From: an uncultured delta proteobacterium
GTDB lineage: Bacteria; Myxococcota; Myxococcia; Myxococcales; Myxococcaceae
NCBI GenBank assembly: GCA_963796055.1
Contig: CAWCKH010000004.1
Coordinates: 1,152,001 to 1,216,000 of the forward strand
Direction of reading: 5' to 3'
DNA: 64,000 nucleotides
Shown here: one piece after another, positions 1 through 9,954 of the stretch
Layout of the letters: each line of letters begins with the position of its first letter
Numbering within the stretch: the first letter of the stretch is position 1
The notes under the pieces: generated by a model
The model's database searches: none
Told to the model about the DNA's origin: nothing
The model's input: the letters and a program-made list of their open reading frames with translations, nothing else
Program-made: the position numbers and the translations under genes

Positions 1-515
1 CGCAGCCGGGAGGTCCAGGCCAGCGCCCCGATGAAGGCGGCGTCATCGGAGACCCCGAGGACGACCCGGAGCGGCCGTACTCGGCGGGCCCAGGCCTCGA
101 ACGGCTCCGAGGCCCGGAGCACGAGCACCGGGCATTCCGCCTCCACCGCCACGCGTTCGGAGGTCGATCCCACGCGCCAGAGCGGACCGACGTGCCGCCC
201 TGAGGAGACGACCAGGAGATTGGCGCGGTTCCGGGCGGCCTCCGCCGCGAGCTCGGAGGCCGGATGCCCCCGCAGCACGACCGCCCGCGCGCGACAACCG
301 GGCCAGTCCCGGATCAGCTCGACGGCCAGCGCCTCGAGCCGCTCGCGAGCCCGGATCGCGAGGCGCGCATCGGCGTCCGGATCCAGGGCGGCGTCTGCCC
401 CGTCGCGCACGTGGACCAGCACCAGCGGGAGGTCGAGGCGCACGGCGAGCGCCGCCGCTCCGGGGACCAGCGCGTTGGACACGTCGGAGAAATCGTGCCC
501 GTACACTAGACGCAT
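1..515 (-). CDS. Universal stress protein (3' end outside window)
   Basis: Not in the ORF track. Read manually from ATG 515: MRLVYGHDFSDVSNALVPGAAALAVRLDLPLVLVHV...GHPASELAAEA...LLVVSSGR...VGSTSERVAVEAECPVLVLR, a USP pattern. Confidence 0.75.
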   Translation of the reverse strand, partial: MRLVYGHDFSDVSNALVPGAAALAVRLDLPLVLVHVRDGADAALDPDADARLAIRARERLEALAVELIRDWPGCRARAVVLRGHPASELAAEAARNRANLLVVSSGRHVGPLWRVGSTSERVAVEAECPVLVLRASEPFEAWARRVRPLRVVLGVSDDAAFIGALAWTSRL

Positions 516-528
516 GGCGCACCTCGAT

Positions 529-544
529 TGCAGTCCGTGTGCCG
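529..544 (-). promoter_or_regulatory. Putative sigma-54 promoter for the left USP
   Basis: Minus strand CGGCACA-CGGA-CTGCA (GG-N10-GC spacing) just upstream of ATG 515. Confidence 0.4.
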
Positions 545-616
545 CGACCGATCGGTAACCCTCGCCCCGGAGCGTGCAAGGAAACGACCTGGCCAGTGCG
601 CAAGGTCTGCGCGCCA

Positions 617-632
617 TGGCATGGCCCATGCG
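617..632 (+). promoter_or_regulatory. Putative sigma-54 promoter for the right USP
   Basis: TGGCATG-GCCC-ATGCG; flanked by two copies of CGCAAGGTCTGCG (599-611, 654-666). Confidence 0.4.
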
Positions 633-749
633 CTCTTTAACGCTTCCCGCGCTCGCAAGGTCTGCGCGCACCGAACCTCGTGGGCCCAAAGGGCAACCCT
701 TGCCCCGGCAGCACGCTGCGATACGGATGGATCGAAGAGGAGGTCCGTC

Positions 750-1187
750 ATGTACAGGCACGTGCTGATCCCGACCGACGGGTCGGACCTCTCGGCGAAG
801 GCCGAGGCTGCGGGACTCACCCTGGCGAAGGCGCTCGACGCGAAGGTGACGGTGCTCACCGTGACCCCGCCGTTCCAGTTCATCGGCACCGAGCCGATGA
901 TGTTGACGGCCACGGAGCCCGAGTACGAGAAGGCCCAGACCGCCCGGGCGGAGAAGATCTTCGAGCGGGTGCGGACCACCGCCACGGCGATCGGGGTCCC
1001 GGTGGAGACGCTCCGGTCGATCCAGGTCCACCCCTTCGAGGCGATCATCGCCGCCGCGAAGGAACGCGGCTGCGACCTGGTCTTCATGGCCTCGCACGGA
1101 CGACGCGGGATGGCCGGGCTGATCCTCGGCAGCGAGACCGTGAAGGTCCTCACCCACTCCAGGGTGCCGGTGCTCGTCTACCGCTGA
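750..1187 (+). CDS. Universal stress protein (UspA family)
   Basis: MYRHVLIPTDGS...DLVFMASHGRRG...LGSETVKVL; RBS GAGGAGG upstream of ATG 750. Confidence 0.92.
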   Translation: MYRHVLIPTDGSDLSAKAEAAGLTLAKALDAKVTVLTVTPPFQFIGTEPMMLTATEPEYEKAQTARAEKIFERVRTTATAIGVPVETLRSIQVHPFEAIIAAAKERGCDLVFMASHGRRGMAGLILGSETVKVLTHSRVPVLVYR

Positions 1188-1209
1188 GGCCCGGCCCGGG
1201 GGGCCGAGA

Positions 1210-2553
1210 CTACTGCCAGCGGGTCGCGGCGGCCGGACGGCGGTGCCCGTTCCTTCGGGGCGGGCCGCCGGAGAAGACCGCGCCGCGCGCCTGACCGTGG
1301 GTCCGGGCGTGGCGGCCGGGAACCTGCCCTGTCGGCCGTGAAGACATGCCGTGCCCGGGCTGGCGTGGCCCCGGGTCCCGCTGCCGTTCGGCGCTCGCCT
1401 CGACCGCGGCGCGGAAGGCCGGCGTGCCCCGCGGCACCTGGCCCTCGGGGACCGTCGCCCGGGTGAGCCGCTCGATCGCCTGGAGCAGCGGGGCGTCCTC
1501 CGGCGCGACGAAGCTCGAGGCCCGTCCGGTCGCCGCCGCCCGCGCGGTGCGGCCGATGCGGTGCACGTAGTCCTCGGGCACGTGTGGAAGGTCGTAGTTC
1601 ACGACATGACCGATGTCGGCGACGTCGATGCCCCGGGCCGCGATGTCGGTGGCCACCAGGACCCGTACCCGGCCGTGGCGGAAGCTCTCCAGGGCGCGCT
1701 GGCGCTGGGCCTGCGACCGGTCGGAGTGCAGCCGGTCGACGGCGTGCCCGGTGCGCTCGAGAGAGCGGGCCACCTTGTCCGCCCGGCGGCGGGTCCGGAC
1801 GAAGACCAGGGTGCTGTCCTCGGACTCGCCGAGGAGCGATTCCAGAAGGGCAGTCTTCTCCGTCTGGCCGATGCGGTAGGCGAGCTGGGTCGCCCGGGCG
1901 GCGGTCGTCCCTGAACGGGCCACCTCGACCCGGACCGGCGACTGCAGATGCTTGCGCGCGAACTCGGCGACCTCACCGGCCATGGTCGCGGAGAAGAGCA
2001 ACGTCTGCCGCTTCGCCGGTACCCGGGCGAGGATCCGTCGGAGCTGGGGGGCGAACCCCATGTCCAGCATGCGGTCGGCCTCGTCGAGGACGAGGATCTC
2101 CACGTCGTCGAGCCGCGCCGTACCGCTCTGGAGGTGATCCACCAGGCGACCCGGGGTGGCGATGAGGATGGAGCGCCGCTCGCGGAGTTGCTGGCGCTGG
2201 CCCTCGGGCGAGACGCCCCCGATGACCACCGCCGCGCGGGCACGGAGCTCACCCCCGAGCACCTCGACCGAGCGGGCGATCTGCACCGCCAGCTCGCGGG
2301 TCGGGGCCAGCACCAGGGCGCGAGTCCCCGTCTTTCCCGCCAGCCGCTCGAGCACCGGAAGGAGGTAGGCCGCGGTCTTGCCAGTGCCGGTGGCGGCGCA
2401 GCCGATGACGTTGGACCCGGCGAGTGCCGGCGGGATGGCGCGCGCCTGGATGGGCGTGGGGGTGGAGAACCCGGCCGCGCTCACCGCGCGCAGGGACGCG
2501 GGCGAGAGGCCGAGGGTGGAGAAATCGGGAGCAGAGACTTGCTCTGTGGACAC
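1210..2553 (-). CDS. DEAD-box RNA helicase (RhlE-like)
   Basis: Q motif PTPIQ, ATGTGKT, PTRELA, DEAD, SAT, HRIGRTAR. Confidence 0.95.
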   Translation of the reverse strand: MSTEQVSAPDFSTLGLSPASLRAVSAAGFSTPTPIQARAIPPALAGSNVIGCAATGTGKTAAYLLPVLERLAGKTGTRALVLAPTRELAVQIARSVEVLGGELRARAAVVIGGVSPEGQRQQLRERRSILIATPGRLVDHLQSGTARLDDVEILVLDEADRMLDMGFAPQLRRILARVPAKRQTLLFSATMAGEVAEFARKHLQSPVRVEVARSGTTAARATQLAYRIGQTEKTALLESLLGESEDSTLVFVRTRRRADKVARSLERTGHAVDRLHSDRSQAQRQRALESFRHGRVRVLVATDIAARGIDVADIGHVVNYDLPHVPEDYVHRIGRTARAAATGRASSFVAPEDAPLLQAIERLTRATVPEGQVPRGTPAFRAAVEASAERQRDPGPRQPGHGMSSRPTGQVPGRHARTHGQARGAVFSGGPPRRNGHRRPAAATRWQ

Positions 2554-2743
2554 GTCTGAGAACTACCTTCTGTCGAGCAGGACGGACCGGCCGGACGGGA
2601 AACACACGCACCAGCACGGCGCGGGAGCTCGCAAGCAGCAGCAGGCTCTCGCGATGCGTCAAGCCTTAACAGCCCGGTCACCGAAAAGCGAATCTTCAGC
2701 GACGGCGAGCGCTTCGCCCCTGTGCCTACACCCTGGAGGAACC

Positions 2744-3046
2744 GTGCCCGACCTGGAAATCCGCCCGCTGCTCGCGGTGGGAGTCCTGCTTTCCACGGCG
2801 CTCACCGACGCGGTCTACGTGCTCTTCACCTCGGCGGTTGCCGCCCGGCGACGTCTGGCGGCGGCGACCTGGAGCAGCTGCTGGTACCTGCTCTCGGCGT
2901 TCGCGGTGATCAGCTACACCCGCTCGTGGATCTACGTCGCCTTCGCCGCCGCGGGCTCGTGGCTCGGGGCCTACGCCTCCCTGACCTGGCTGAAGGCCCG
3001 GGACGTGCCCGGCCCGACGACCGCGCCCCCGCCCCGATCTCCCTGA
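2744..3046 (+). CDS. Small membrane protein
   Basis: GGAGGA then GTG 2744; about three hydrophobic segments. Confidence 0.6.
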   Translation: MPDLEIRPLLAVGVLLSTALTDAVYVLFTSAVAARRRLAAATWSSCWYLLSAFAVISYTRSWIYVAFAAAGSWLGAYASLTWLKARDVPGPTTAPPPRSP

Positions 3047-3110
3047 CCGGGATCTCGCAATGGAAGGCCTGGCCCCAGCGTCTGACTCGCATCTCGCAGG
3101 GGGCGCACCC

Positions 3111-3709
3111 ATGACGCGCACGACCAACGCCAGGCTCGCGGGTCTCGCCTTCCTCCTCTACATCGCCGTGGGCATCACCCAGATGGTGCTCTCCGGCCCG
3201 ACAGCCAGCGCGGAAGGAACGGCGGCGAGGCTCGGGCTCTTTGCCCGGCACGCAGCCCATGTCCGGGTGAACGTCGTGCTCTCGCTGGTCGTCTGCGTGA
3301 CGGCCCTGGTGCTGGCAGCGGCGCTCTACGGGCTGACCCGCGACGAGGACCGGGACGTCGCGGTGCTGGCGCTCTCCTTCCGCGTCGGTGAGGCCCTCCT
3401 CGCCGCGCTCGCGCCCCTGCCCACGCTCGGATTGCTCTGGCTGGCATCTCCGCGACGCTCTTCGCCGTGGGGAGCACGCTCTTCTCCTGGCTCTTCCTGC
3501 GCGGTCGCTTGATTCCCGTCCCGCTGGCCTGGCTCGGCGTCCTCGCCTCGGTCCTCCTGGCGGTCGGCCTGCCCCTGCAGCTGGTGGACGTCCTCGGCGG
3601 CACCGTCGTTCAGCTGATGTGGATCCCGATGGCTGCGTTCGAGATTCCGCTCGCCTTCTGGCTTCTGATCAAGGGCGTCGCCGCGTCGGCGCGGCAGCAG
3701 ACGGCTTGA
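3111..3709 (+). pseudogene. DUF4386-like membrane protein, disrupted near 3450
   Basis: MTRTTNARLAGLAFLLYIAVGI... continues in another frame as ...GSTLFSWLFLRGRLIPVPLAWLG...FEIPLAFWLLIKG. Confidence 0.7.
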
Positions 3710-3716
3710 CGCGGCC

Positions 3717-4301
3717 TCACCGGCGTCGGAGATCCGGGCCCCCGCCTCGACGTCTTCGCCCTGGCCGCCCGGCGACCCGGAAGTCGTCCACCGTGATCGC
3801 CCACCGCTCATGGTCGCGCCAGCGTCCTCCGATCTTGAGGTAACCGGGAGAGAAACCCTCCTTGCGGAACCCGGCACGACGCACGAGCGAACGCGACGCC
3901 CTGTTGCCGGGCTGCACGTTCGCCTCCACACGGTGGAGCCTCAGCATGCGGAAGGCATACCGGAGCAGGAGCTCCATTCCCTCGCTCATGTACCCCTGAC
4001 CGGCGAACGGCGCGCCGACCCAGTAGCCCAGGTACGCGCTCCGGAAGTTTCCAAGGAAGATCTGCGAGAGGTTGAAGGCGCCGAGGATGGCCGCGTCTCG
4101 ACGCCGGACGAGGAGGAACGCCCGGACCGGCCCTTCCCGGCTCCGGCGCAGGTAGCCCCGGAACGCAGCGGGAGTGTCCGGCGGATACGCCCAGGGCCGG
4201 TGGAACGCGCGACTCGCGTTCACCGCGGCGAGGAACTTCGCCTCGTCAGCGGGCCGAGGCGGGCGGAGCAGCACGCGTTGACCGGTTCGAGAGCTGGACA
4301 C
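3717..4301 (-). CDS. GNAT N-acetyltransferase, RimJ/RimL family
   Basis: AYLGYW...GQGYMSEG...LHRVEANVQPGNRAS...GFRKEG...WRDHERW. Confidence 0.9.
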   Translation of the reverse strand: MSSSRTGQRVLLRPPRPADEAKFLAAVNASRAFHRPWAYPPDTPAAFRGYLRRSREGPVRAFLLVRRRDAAILGAFNLSQIFLGNFRSAYLGYWVGAPFAGQGYMSEGMELLLRYAFRMLRLHRVEANVQPGNRASRSLVRRAGFRKEGFSPGYLKIGGRWRDHERWAITVDDFRVAGRPGRRRRGGGPDLRRR

Positions 4302-4689
4302 GGACTGGCTGGAATTCGACCTTCGCGCTCGAGAGGTCGTACATCGCTCCTGCGATCTTGACCGCCTTCGAGGTGACGAGCTCCCGGATGACCGGGCTGG
4401 TTTCCTGAAATCGCGCCATCGTCAACTCGACGTTCTTCCGGGCGACCGCGTCGACGAACTTGGAATCCTTGCTGGTGCGAGCGCCGGCGCAGGACGTGGG
4501 CTCTCCTCGGGCGAAGCGGGCGTTGCCCTTGCGCATGATCTCCAGGATCTCGTCCGGAGAGAGCCTCGCTCGCTGCTCGGCCGTGAGCGCATCGGCGAAG
4601 GCGGGAAACGAAAGACCCAGCGTGCAGGCAGCGGCGGCAGTCGACGCTCCGAGCAGCGCCCGGCGAGAGACTCGGAACCCGCGCTGCAC
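4246..4689 (-). pseudogene. Beta-carbonic anhydrase remnant with Tat-like signal and large in-frame internal deletion
   Basis: RRALLG signal; N-terminal LSPDEILEIMRKGNARFARG joined directly to C-terminal FVDAVARKNVELT...SPVI...IAGAMYDLSSAKVEF; the zinc-binding CxDxR and HxxC core is absent. Confidence 0.7.
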
Positions 4690-4805
4690 GTCACCTTCCG
4701 GGGAACCTTCATCGGGCGACCCTCCTCTTGAGGCCGCGTGAGCTCCGGCGGGAGGAATCTACTCCGGCGGTCGAGGGGGAGCGACGTCGACCAGCTCGAC
4801 GCCTT

Positions 4806-5114
4806 TCATCTCCAGCCCCGTGGAAGACGTGATCCGAGCGACGCTGTCGCCTGCAGGTCCTCCTTCCGGAGGTCCGCATGCTCCGAGGACACGGCAAGAT
4901 CGGGCAGCTGGATCCGCAGCACTCCGTCGTGGAGCTCGGCGCGGCGTTCCGGTCCCCGGACGAGGAGGACCCGGATGACGTCGTGGAGGAGGTACCGGGC
5001 CGGTCCTGCGAGAGGCCTCTCGGACTCGATCTGGAGAAAGAGACAGGGCGCGGTCTGTGCGGGCCGCCGTCGCGCCCTTTCCCCGAGCGACCGCGTCTCG
5101 TCCCTCCCCGGCAT
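4806..5114 (-). pseudogene. Possible FHA-like N-terminal fragment of a regulator
   Basis: LFLQIESERPLAGPARYLL...RIQLPDLAVSSEHA resembles myxobacterial FHA-activator N-termini; short and truncated. Confidence 0.3.
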
Positions 5115-5143
5115 TTCGTGACGATAGCGCCATCCGCGCGAGC

Positions 5144-5280
5144 CTCACACAGGCATCCGTGTCATGGGACCGGTTCCCGCACCGAGCGTCGAGCACTCAG
5201 GGCCGCAACTGACGGGCTCCGCGGGCCAGCTTCCCTGGCACGCCGAATGCTCCCTGTCTCGCAGGCTCGAATTCATCTCG
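5144..5280 (+). repeat. Copy 1 of a duplicated ~137-bp promoter region with sigma-54 site at 5236-5251
   Basis: Closely similar to 7102-7237; contains TGGCACG-CCGA-ATGCT. Confidence 0.85.
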
Positions 5281-5427
5281 CTTCGCCCTACCGCCGCCCG
5301 CCCTCGCCTCTCGTCGGGGTCATCTGTCATCTGGCCCACGATGCTCGAGGGCTCCTGACCGGGTTCACGCGGCCGGCCGGCCGTTGAGCGCTAGCTTCGG
5401 ATTCGGAACAACCGGGCGGATCTCTGG

Positions 5428-7029
5428 ATGGAAGCCGAACGCCTGCTCGCGCTCGCCGTCGCGGTCGCTGCGGAACGCAGCCTTCCGCGCGTGTTGCAGA
5501 TCATCGTCCAAGGCCTGGCCACTCACCCCGGTGTCGCCCTGGCGCGGATCTGGCTGCTCCTGCCCGGCGACATCTGCGGTTCCTGCTTCATGCGCGCCGA
5601 ATGCGCCGACCGAACGCAGTGCTTCCATCTGGTTGCGAGCGCCGGAACGCCGCTGAGCTCTCCCGGCGAAGACTGGTCGTTCCTCCGGGGACACTTTCGC
5701 CGCATGCCGGTGAATGCGAGGAAGATCGGGCAAGTGGGTGGCTCGGGAACCGCCATGCTGATCAAGGACGTCGTGTCGGAAGGCGAGCGGATCGCGCGAC
5801 CTGAATGGGTGGCTCGGGAGGGGATACGCAGCTTCGCGGGGCACCCCTTGATCTTTCGCGACAACGTGCTTGGCGTGCTCGGGACATTCACCCGGAACCC
5901 GATCGATGACGCGGCATTCGTCTGGCTCGGAATGTTCGCGAACCAGGCCGCCGTGGCGATCGCGAACGCGCGCGCTTTCGAGGAGGTGGATCGGCTGCGG
6001 AAGCAACTGGAGCTCGAAAATGCCTACCTCCACGAGCAGGTCAAGGAAGGGCTGGCGTTCGGGAAGATCGTCGGCCAGAGCCCGGCGCTTCAGGAGGTGC
6101 TCCAGCAGGTCGAGATGGTGGCGCGTACCGACGCCGCAGTGTTGATCAGCGGGGAGTCGGGGACCGGCAAGGAGCTCATCGCCCGGGCGATCCATGACCG
6201 CAGTCCCCGGCGCAACCACGCACTGGTGACGGTCAACTGCGCCTCCGTGCCGCGCGAGCTGTTCGAGAGCGAGTTCTTCGGGCACGTCAGGGGGGCCTTC
6301 ACCGGGGCGCTCCGTGACCGGACCGGTCGTTTCCAGCTCGCCAACAAGGGGACCATCTTCCTCGACGAGGTGAGCGAGATTCCCCTGGAGCTCCAGGGCA
6401 AGCTGCTGCGGGTACTTCAGGAACGGCAGGTCGAACGGGTCGGCGAGGATCAGCTGCGGAAGGTCGACGCGCGCGTGATCGCTGCGACCAATCGCGATCT
6501 CCAGGACGAGGTGGAGGCCGGCCGATTCCGACGTGATCTCTACTATCGGCTGTGCGTTTTCCCGATCCACCTACCTCCGCTGCGGGAGCGACGGGAGGAC
6601 ATCGAGTCGCTGGCGGCTCACTTTCTGGAGCTCGCGGCGCGACGGTTGAGCTCCCCGGAGGTACGGCTGACCGACCATGCCCTCGAGTTGCTGACGGCCT
6701 ATGACTGGCCCGGGAACGTTCGGGAGCTGCACAACGTGATCGAACGCGCGGTCATCCTCTCCCAGCGCGGTCCCCTCCGCATCGACCTGGTCCTCCGGGG
6801 CAGCCCAGCGGGCTCACGCGGAGGAACGACGCTCCGTCTCCCCAACCTCGCCGAGGCCAGGAGCGGCGTCCTGTCGGAGGCGGAGATGTCCCGCCGGGAG
6901 CGGGACAACATCATCGCCGCGCTGGAGCGGACCGGCTGGAAGATCTCCGGTGCGGCGAGGATGCTCGGCGTGAAGCCGACGACGCTCGCCTCACGGCTCA
7001 AGCGGCTCGGTATCGAGCGCCGACCGTAG
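5428..7029 (+). CDS. Sigma-54 enhancer-binding protein (GAF-AAA+-Fis HTH)
   Basis: GESGTGKE, GAFTGA, FLDEV, WPGNVREL, C-terminal HTH; Cys-containing GAF (CGSC...C...C). Confidence 0.95.
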   Translation: MEAERLLALAVAVAAERSLPRVLQIIVQGLATHPGVALARIWLLLPGDICGSCFMRAECADRTQCFHLVASAGTPLSSPGEDWSFLRGHFRRMPVNARKIGQVGGSGTAMLIKDVVSEGERIARPEWVAREGIRSFAGHPLIFRDNVLGVLGTFTRNPIDDAAFVWLGMFANQAAVAIANARAFEEVDRLRKQLELENAYLHEQVKEGLAFGKIVGQSPALQEVLQQVEMVARTDAAVLISGESGTGKELIARAIHDRSPRRNHALVTVNCASVPRELFESEFFGHVRGAFTGALRDRTGRFQLANKGTIFLDEVSEIPLELQGKLLRVLQERQVERVGEDQLRKVDARVIAATNRDLQDEVEAGRFRRDLYYRLCVFPIHLPPLRERREDIESLAAHFLELAARRLSSPEVRLTDHALELLTAYDWPGNVRELHNVIERAVILSQRGPLRIDLVLRGSPAGSRGGTTLRLPNLAEARSGVLSEAEMSRRERDNIIAALERTGWKISGAARMLGVKPTTLASRLKRLGIERRP

Positions 7030-7047
7030 GACTTCGCTCCGAGCACC

Positions 7048-7083
7048 GACGAAAGTTCGTCGACCCCCGACGATGCGTCGTCG
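7048..7083. promoter_or_regulatory. Tandem palindromes, putative activator-binding (UAS) sites
   Basis: CGACGAA-AG-TTCGTCG and CGACGA-TGCG-TCGTCG, about 110-145 bp upstream of the -24/-12 site. Confidence 0.55.
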
Positions 7084-7101
7084 CTGGCCGCGCGCGCAGC
7101 G

Positions 7102-7237
7102 CTCACACAGGCATCTGTGTCATGGCTCCGGTCCCCGCACCGAGCGTCGAGCACTCAGGGCGGGAATGACGGGCTCAGCGGACCAACTTCCCTGGCACGC
7201 CGAATGCTCTCCGCGTCGCAGGCTCGAACTCGTCTCG
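7102..7237 (+). repeat. Copy 2 of the duplicated promoter region with sigma-54 site at 7193-7208
   Basis: TGGCACG-CCGA-ATGCT, 40 bp upstream of the operon start ATG 7249. Confidence 0.85.
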
Positions 7238-7248
7238 GGGAGCACGCA

Positions 7249-8031
7249 ATGAAGATCGTCGTCATCGGAGGCAGTGGCCTCATCGGGACGAAGCTCGTGA
7301 ATCGACTTCGTCGCTGCGGTCATGAGGTCGTGGCAGCGTCCCTCATCTCGGGAGTGAACATCATCACCGGGGAGGGACTGAGTCGGGCCCTCGCGGGCGC
7401 TCAGGTGCTGGTCGACGTGGCGAACTCGCCCTCGTTCGAGGCCCGGGCAGCCCTGGAGTTCTTCGAGACGGCGGGGCGCAATCTTCTGGCTGCGGAGAAG
7501 TCTGCTGGGGTCCAGCACCATCTCGCGTTGTCAATCGTCGGTACGGACCGCATGGCCGACAATGGGTATTTCCGCGCCAAGCTCGCCCAGGAGAGCCTCA
7601 TCAAGGCGTCCGGAATTCCGTACACGATCCTCCGCTCCACCCAGTTCTTCGAGTTCATCAGCGCGATCATCGACTCGGCCACGGTCGGGGATGTGGTGCG
7701 CCTGTCACCGGCCCTCTTCCAGCCCGTAGCGGCGGACGAAGTCGTTGCCGTTCTGGCGGATCTCGCGCTGGAACCTCCCCTCAACTCGACCCTCGAAGTG
7801 GCGGGGCCCGAGGCGCGTCCGCTGGAAGAGATCGCCCGGCAGTTCCTCGGTGCCACCAGGGACGAGCGCCGGGTGATCGCCGATGCCCGGGCGACCTACT
7901 TCGGGGCCGTGCTCGACGACCGCTCGCTGACACCGAGCGCTGGCGCCCGCCTCGGGGCGATCCACCTCGAGGATTGGCTCAGCCAGTCCCGCCTCACAAA
8001 CAGCAGCAGAACAAAGGAGCAGAACCGATGA
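7249..8031 (+). CDS. NmrA/atypical SDR NAD(P)-binding protein
   Basis: [26 protein letters not shown]. Confidence 0.9.
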   Translation: MKIVVIGGSGLIGTKLVNRLRRCGHEVVAASLISGVNIITGEGLSRALAGAQVLVDVANSPSFEARAALEFFETAGRNLLAAEKSAGVQHHLALSIVGTDRMADNGYFRAKLAQESLIKASGIPYTILRSTQFFEFISAIIDSATVGDVVRLSPALFQPVAADEVVAVLADLALEPPLNSTLEVAGPEARPLEEIARQFLGATRDERRVIADARATYFGAVLDDRSLTPSAGARLGAIHLEDWLSQSRLTNSSRTKEQNR

Positions 8032-8849
8032 GCACGATCAAGGCGAAGGACGGTACCACCATTTATTACAAGGATTGGGGCAAGGGCCCGGTCGTCACAT
8101 TCTCGCACGGCTGGCCGCTCAACTCCGACATGTGGGACGGGCAAATGCTGTTCCTCGCCCAGAACGGCTATCGGGTCGTTGCCCATGACCGGCGTGGCCA
8201 CGGGCGCTCCGCACAGGCCTCGAGCGGCAACGACATGAACGGGTATGCCGACGATCTGGCGGCACTGATCACGGCGCTCGAGCTCGACCACGTGACACTG
8301 GTCGGACACTCCACCGGTGGTGGCGAGGTCGCCCGCTACATCGGACGTCATGGAACGGCGCGGGTCGCCAAGGCCGTCCTGATCGCTGCGGTGCCGCCGC
8401 TCCTGTTGAGGACGGAGACGAATCCCGAAGGCCTCCCGATGGAAGTGTTCGACGGTATCCGGGCAGGCCTCCTCAAGGACCGTGCGCAGTTCTATCGGGA
8501 CTTTGCCCCGGTGTTCTACGGCGCCAACCGACCCGGCGCGGTGGTCTCGCAAGGCGTCCTCGATCAGTTCTGGCTCTGGAGCATGCAGGCCGGCCTCAAG
8601 AACGCCTACGACTCCGTCAAGGCCTTCTCCGAGACGGACTTCACCACTGACCTCGCGAAGTTCGACGTCCCGACACTCCTGCTTCACGGCGAGGACGACC
8701 AGATCGTCCCGGTGAAGGATTCGTCCATGAAGTCGGCCCGCCTCATCAAGGGCGCGAAGGACATCTACTACCCCGGTGCCCCGCACGGACTCACCGCCAC
8801 GCATCAGGGACAGGTCAACGAAGAGCTGCTGGCCTTCCTTCGGAAGTGA
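8028..8849 (+). CDS. Non-heme chloroperoxidase / perhydrolase (alpha/beta hydrolase)
   Basis: [33 protein letters not shown]. Confidence 0.93.
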   Translation: MSTIKAKDGTTIYYKDWGKGPVVTFSHGWPLNSDMWDGQMLFLAQNGYRVVAHDRRGHGRSAQASSGNDMNGYADDLAALITALELDHVTLVGHSTGGGEVARYIGRHGTARVAKAVLIAAVPPLLLRTETNPEGLPMEVFDGIRAGLLKDRAQFYRDFAPVFYGANRPGAVVSQGVLDQFWLWSMQAGLKNAYDSVKAFSETDFTTDLAKFDVPTLLLHGEDDQIVPVKDSSMKSARLIKGAKDIYYPGAPHGLTATHQGQVNEELLAFLRK

Positions 8850-8857
8850 ACCGAGCC

Positions 8858-9505
8858 ATGAGTGCCCCTAGACGCGAAATTGCCGGAGTGATGGTCCCGG
8901 ACACTCCACTCGTTGCCCGTTCGATGGAAGAGGCGCGTGCTCTCTCTGAGCCGTACCTGTTCAACCACGCCGTTCGCTCGTGGCTCTTCGCGGTTCAACT
9001 CGCCGACCTACAGGGCGTTTCCTATGACGAGGAAGTCGTCGCGGCGGCGTCGCTGCTTCACGACGTCGGCCTCACGAGGGAGTACCAGGGCACGCGGCGC
9101 TTCGAGGTCGAGGGAGCGGACGCGGCACGGGCTCTGGCGAAGGCGGCAGGCGTGGACGATCGGAGAGCTCAGCTCCTCTGGTACTGCGTCGCATTGAACG
9201 CAACGCTGTCCATCAGCCCCTACGCTGAGCCAGAAGTCGGGATTTGCACTGCCGGGGCAGGTCTCGACTACGCCGGGTTCCTCTCCGATCGAATCCCGAA
9301 GGAGATCATGGCGAGCATTCTCGCCGCGTTCCCTCGTCTTCAGATGAAGCGCCAGTTGAAGGAATGTCTTTGCGGCATCGTGCGAGCGCGGCCGCAAACC
9401 ACCTACGAAAACTTTCTTCGAGACTTCGGCGAGCGTTTCGTCGCGGGCTACAAGCCGCCAATTTCGACGGTGGACCTCCTTGCAAACGCTCCGTTCGATG
9501 AATGA
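8858..9505 (+). CDS. HD-domain protein (cyanamide-hydratase-like family)
   Basis: NHAVRSWLF...LLHDVG...RFEVEGADAAR. Confidence 0.8.
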   Translation: MSAPRREIAGVMVPDTPLVARSMEEARALSEPYLFNHAVRSWLFAVQLADLQGVSYDEEVVAAASLLHDVGLTREYQGTRRFEVEGADAARALAKAAGVDDRRAQLLWYCVALNATLSISPYAEPEVGICTAGAGLDYAGFLSDRIPKEIMASILAAFPRLQMKRQLKECLCGIVRARPQTTYENFLRDFGERFVAGYKPPISTVDLLANAPFDE

Positions 9506-9813
9506 ACCACACGCGCCACATTTCCTATGAAAACAACCAACTGATGAGGAATACCGCAATGAGCACTTCAGAACCATCGTTCCAGTACCAGAGGCGCCAA
9601 CGCCTCTTCGTCGCCGCGGCGCTGGCTGTCCTAGGCATCGGCGCCGTCTTTTACGGGTTCCGCTCGCGTCTGGCGCTGGGGGAGCCAGAATCGGCTTCGC
9701 ATCCACACGCGACGACGCCGATGACCCAGCAGTCCGTGCAGCCGCGCGCTGCCAGTGCGGATGCCGACGTCGGCCCCGGGCAGTGTGAGCCGTGTGTCGT
9801 CGGCCTGCAGTGA
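9502..9813 (+). CDS. Hypothetical single-TM protein, possibly truncated by the IS remnant
   Basis: ATGA overlap with the HD gene; one hydrophobic segment. Confidence 0.35.
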   Translation: MNHTRHISYENNQLMRNTAMSTSEPSFQYQRRQRLFVAAALAVLGIGAVFYGFRSRLALGEPESASHPHATTPMTQQSVQPRAASADADVGPGQCEPCVVGLQ

Positions 9814-9915
9814 ACGGTTTTCCCGGAAGTTCCGCGACGAGTGCCTCAACGAGCACTGGTTCACCTCGCGGGTCGAGTACAACGAGGTCCGAGGTGCCCC
9901 CTCGATTGGTCCGCC
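9810..9915 (+). mobile_element. IS3-family transposase C-terminal remnant
   Basis: ERFSRKFRDECLNEHWFTS|RVEYNEVR...SIG resembles the IS3 ESFNGKFRDECLNEHWF...EYN.RPHSSLG signature with an internal deletion. Confidence 0.7.
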
Positions 9916-9954
9916 TGACCTCGCCACGCGCCGTCTGGATGAGGAGATTCAACC

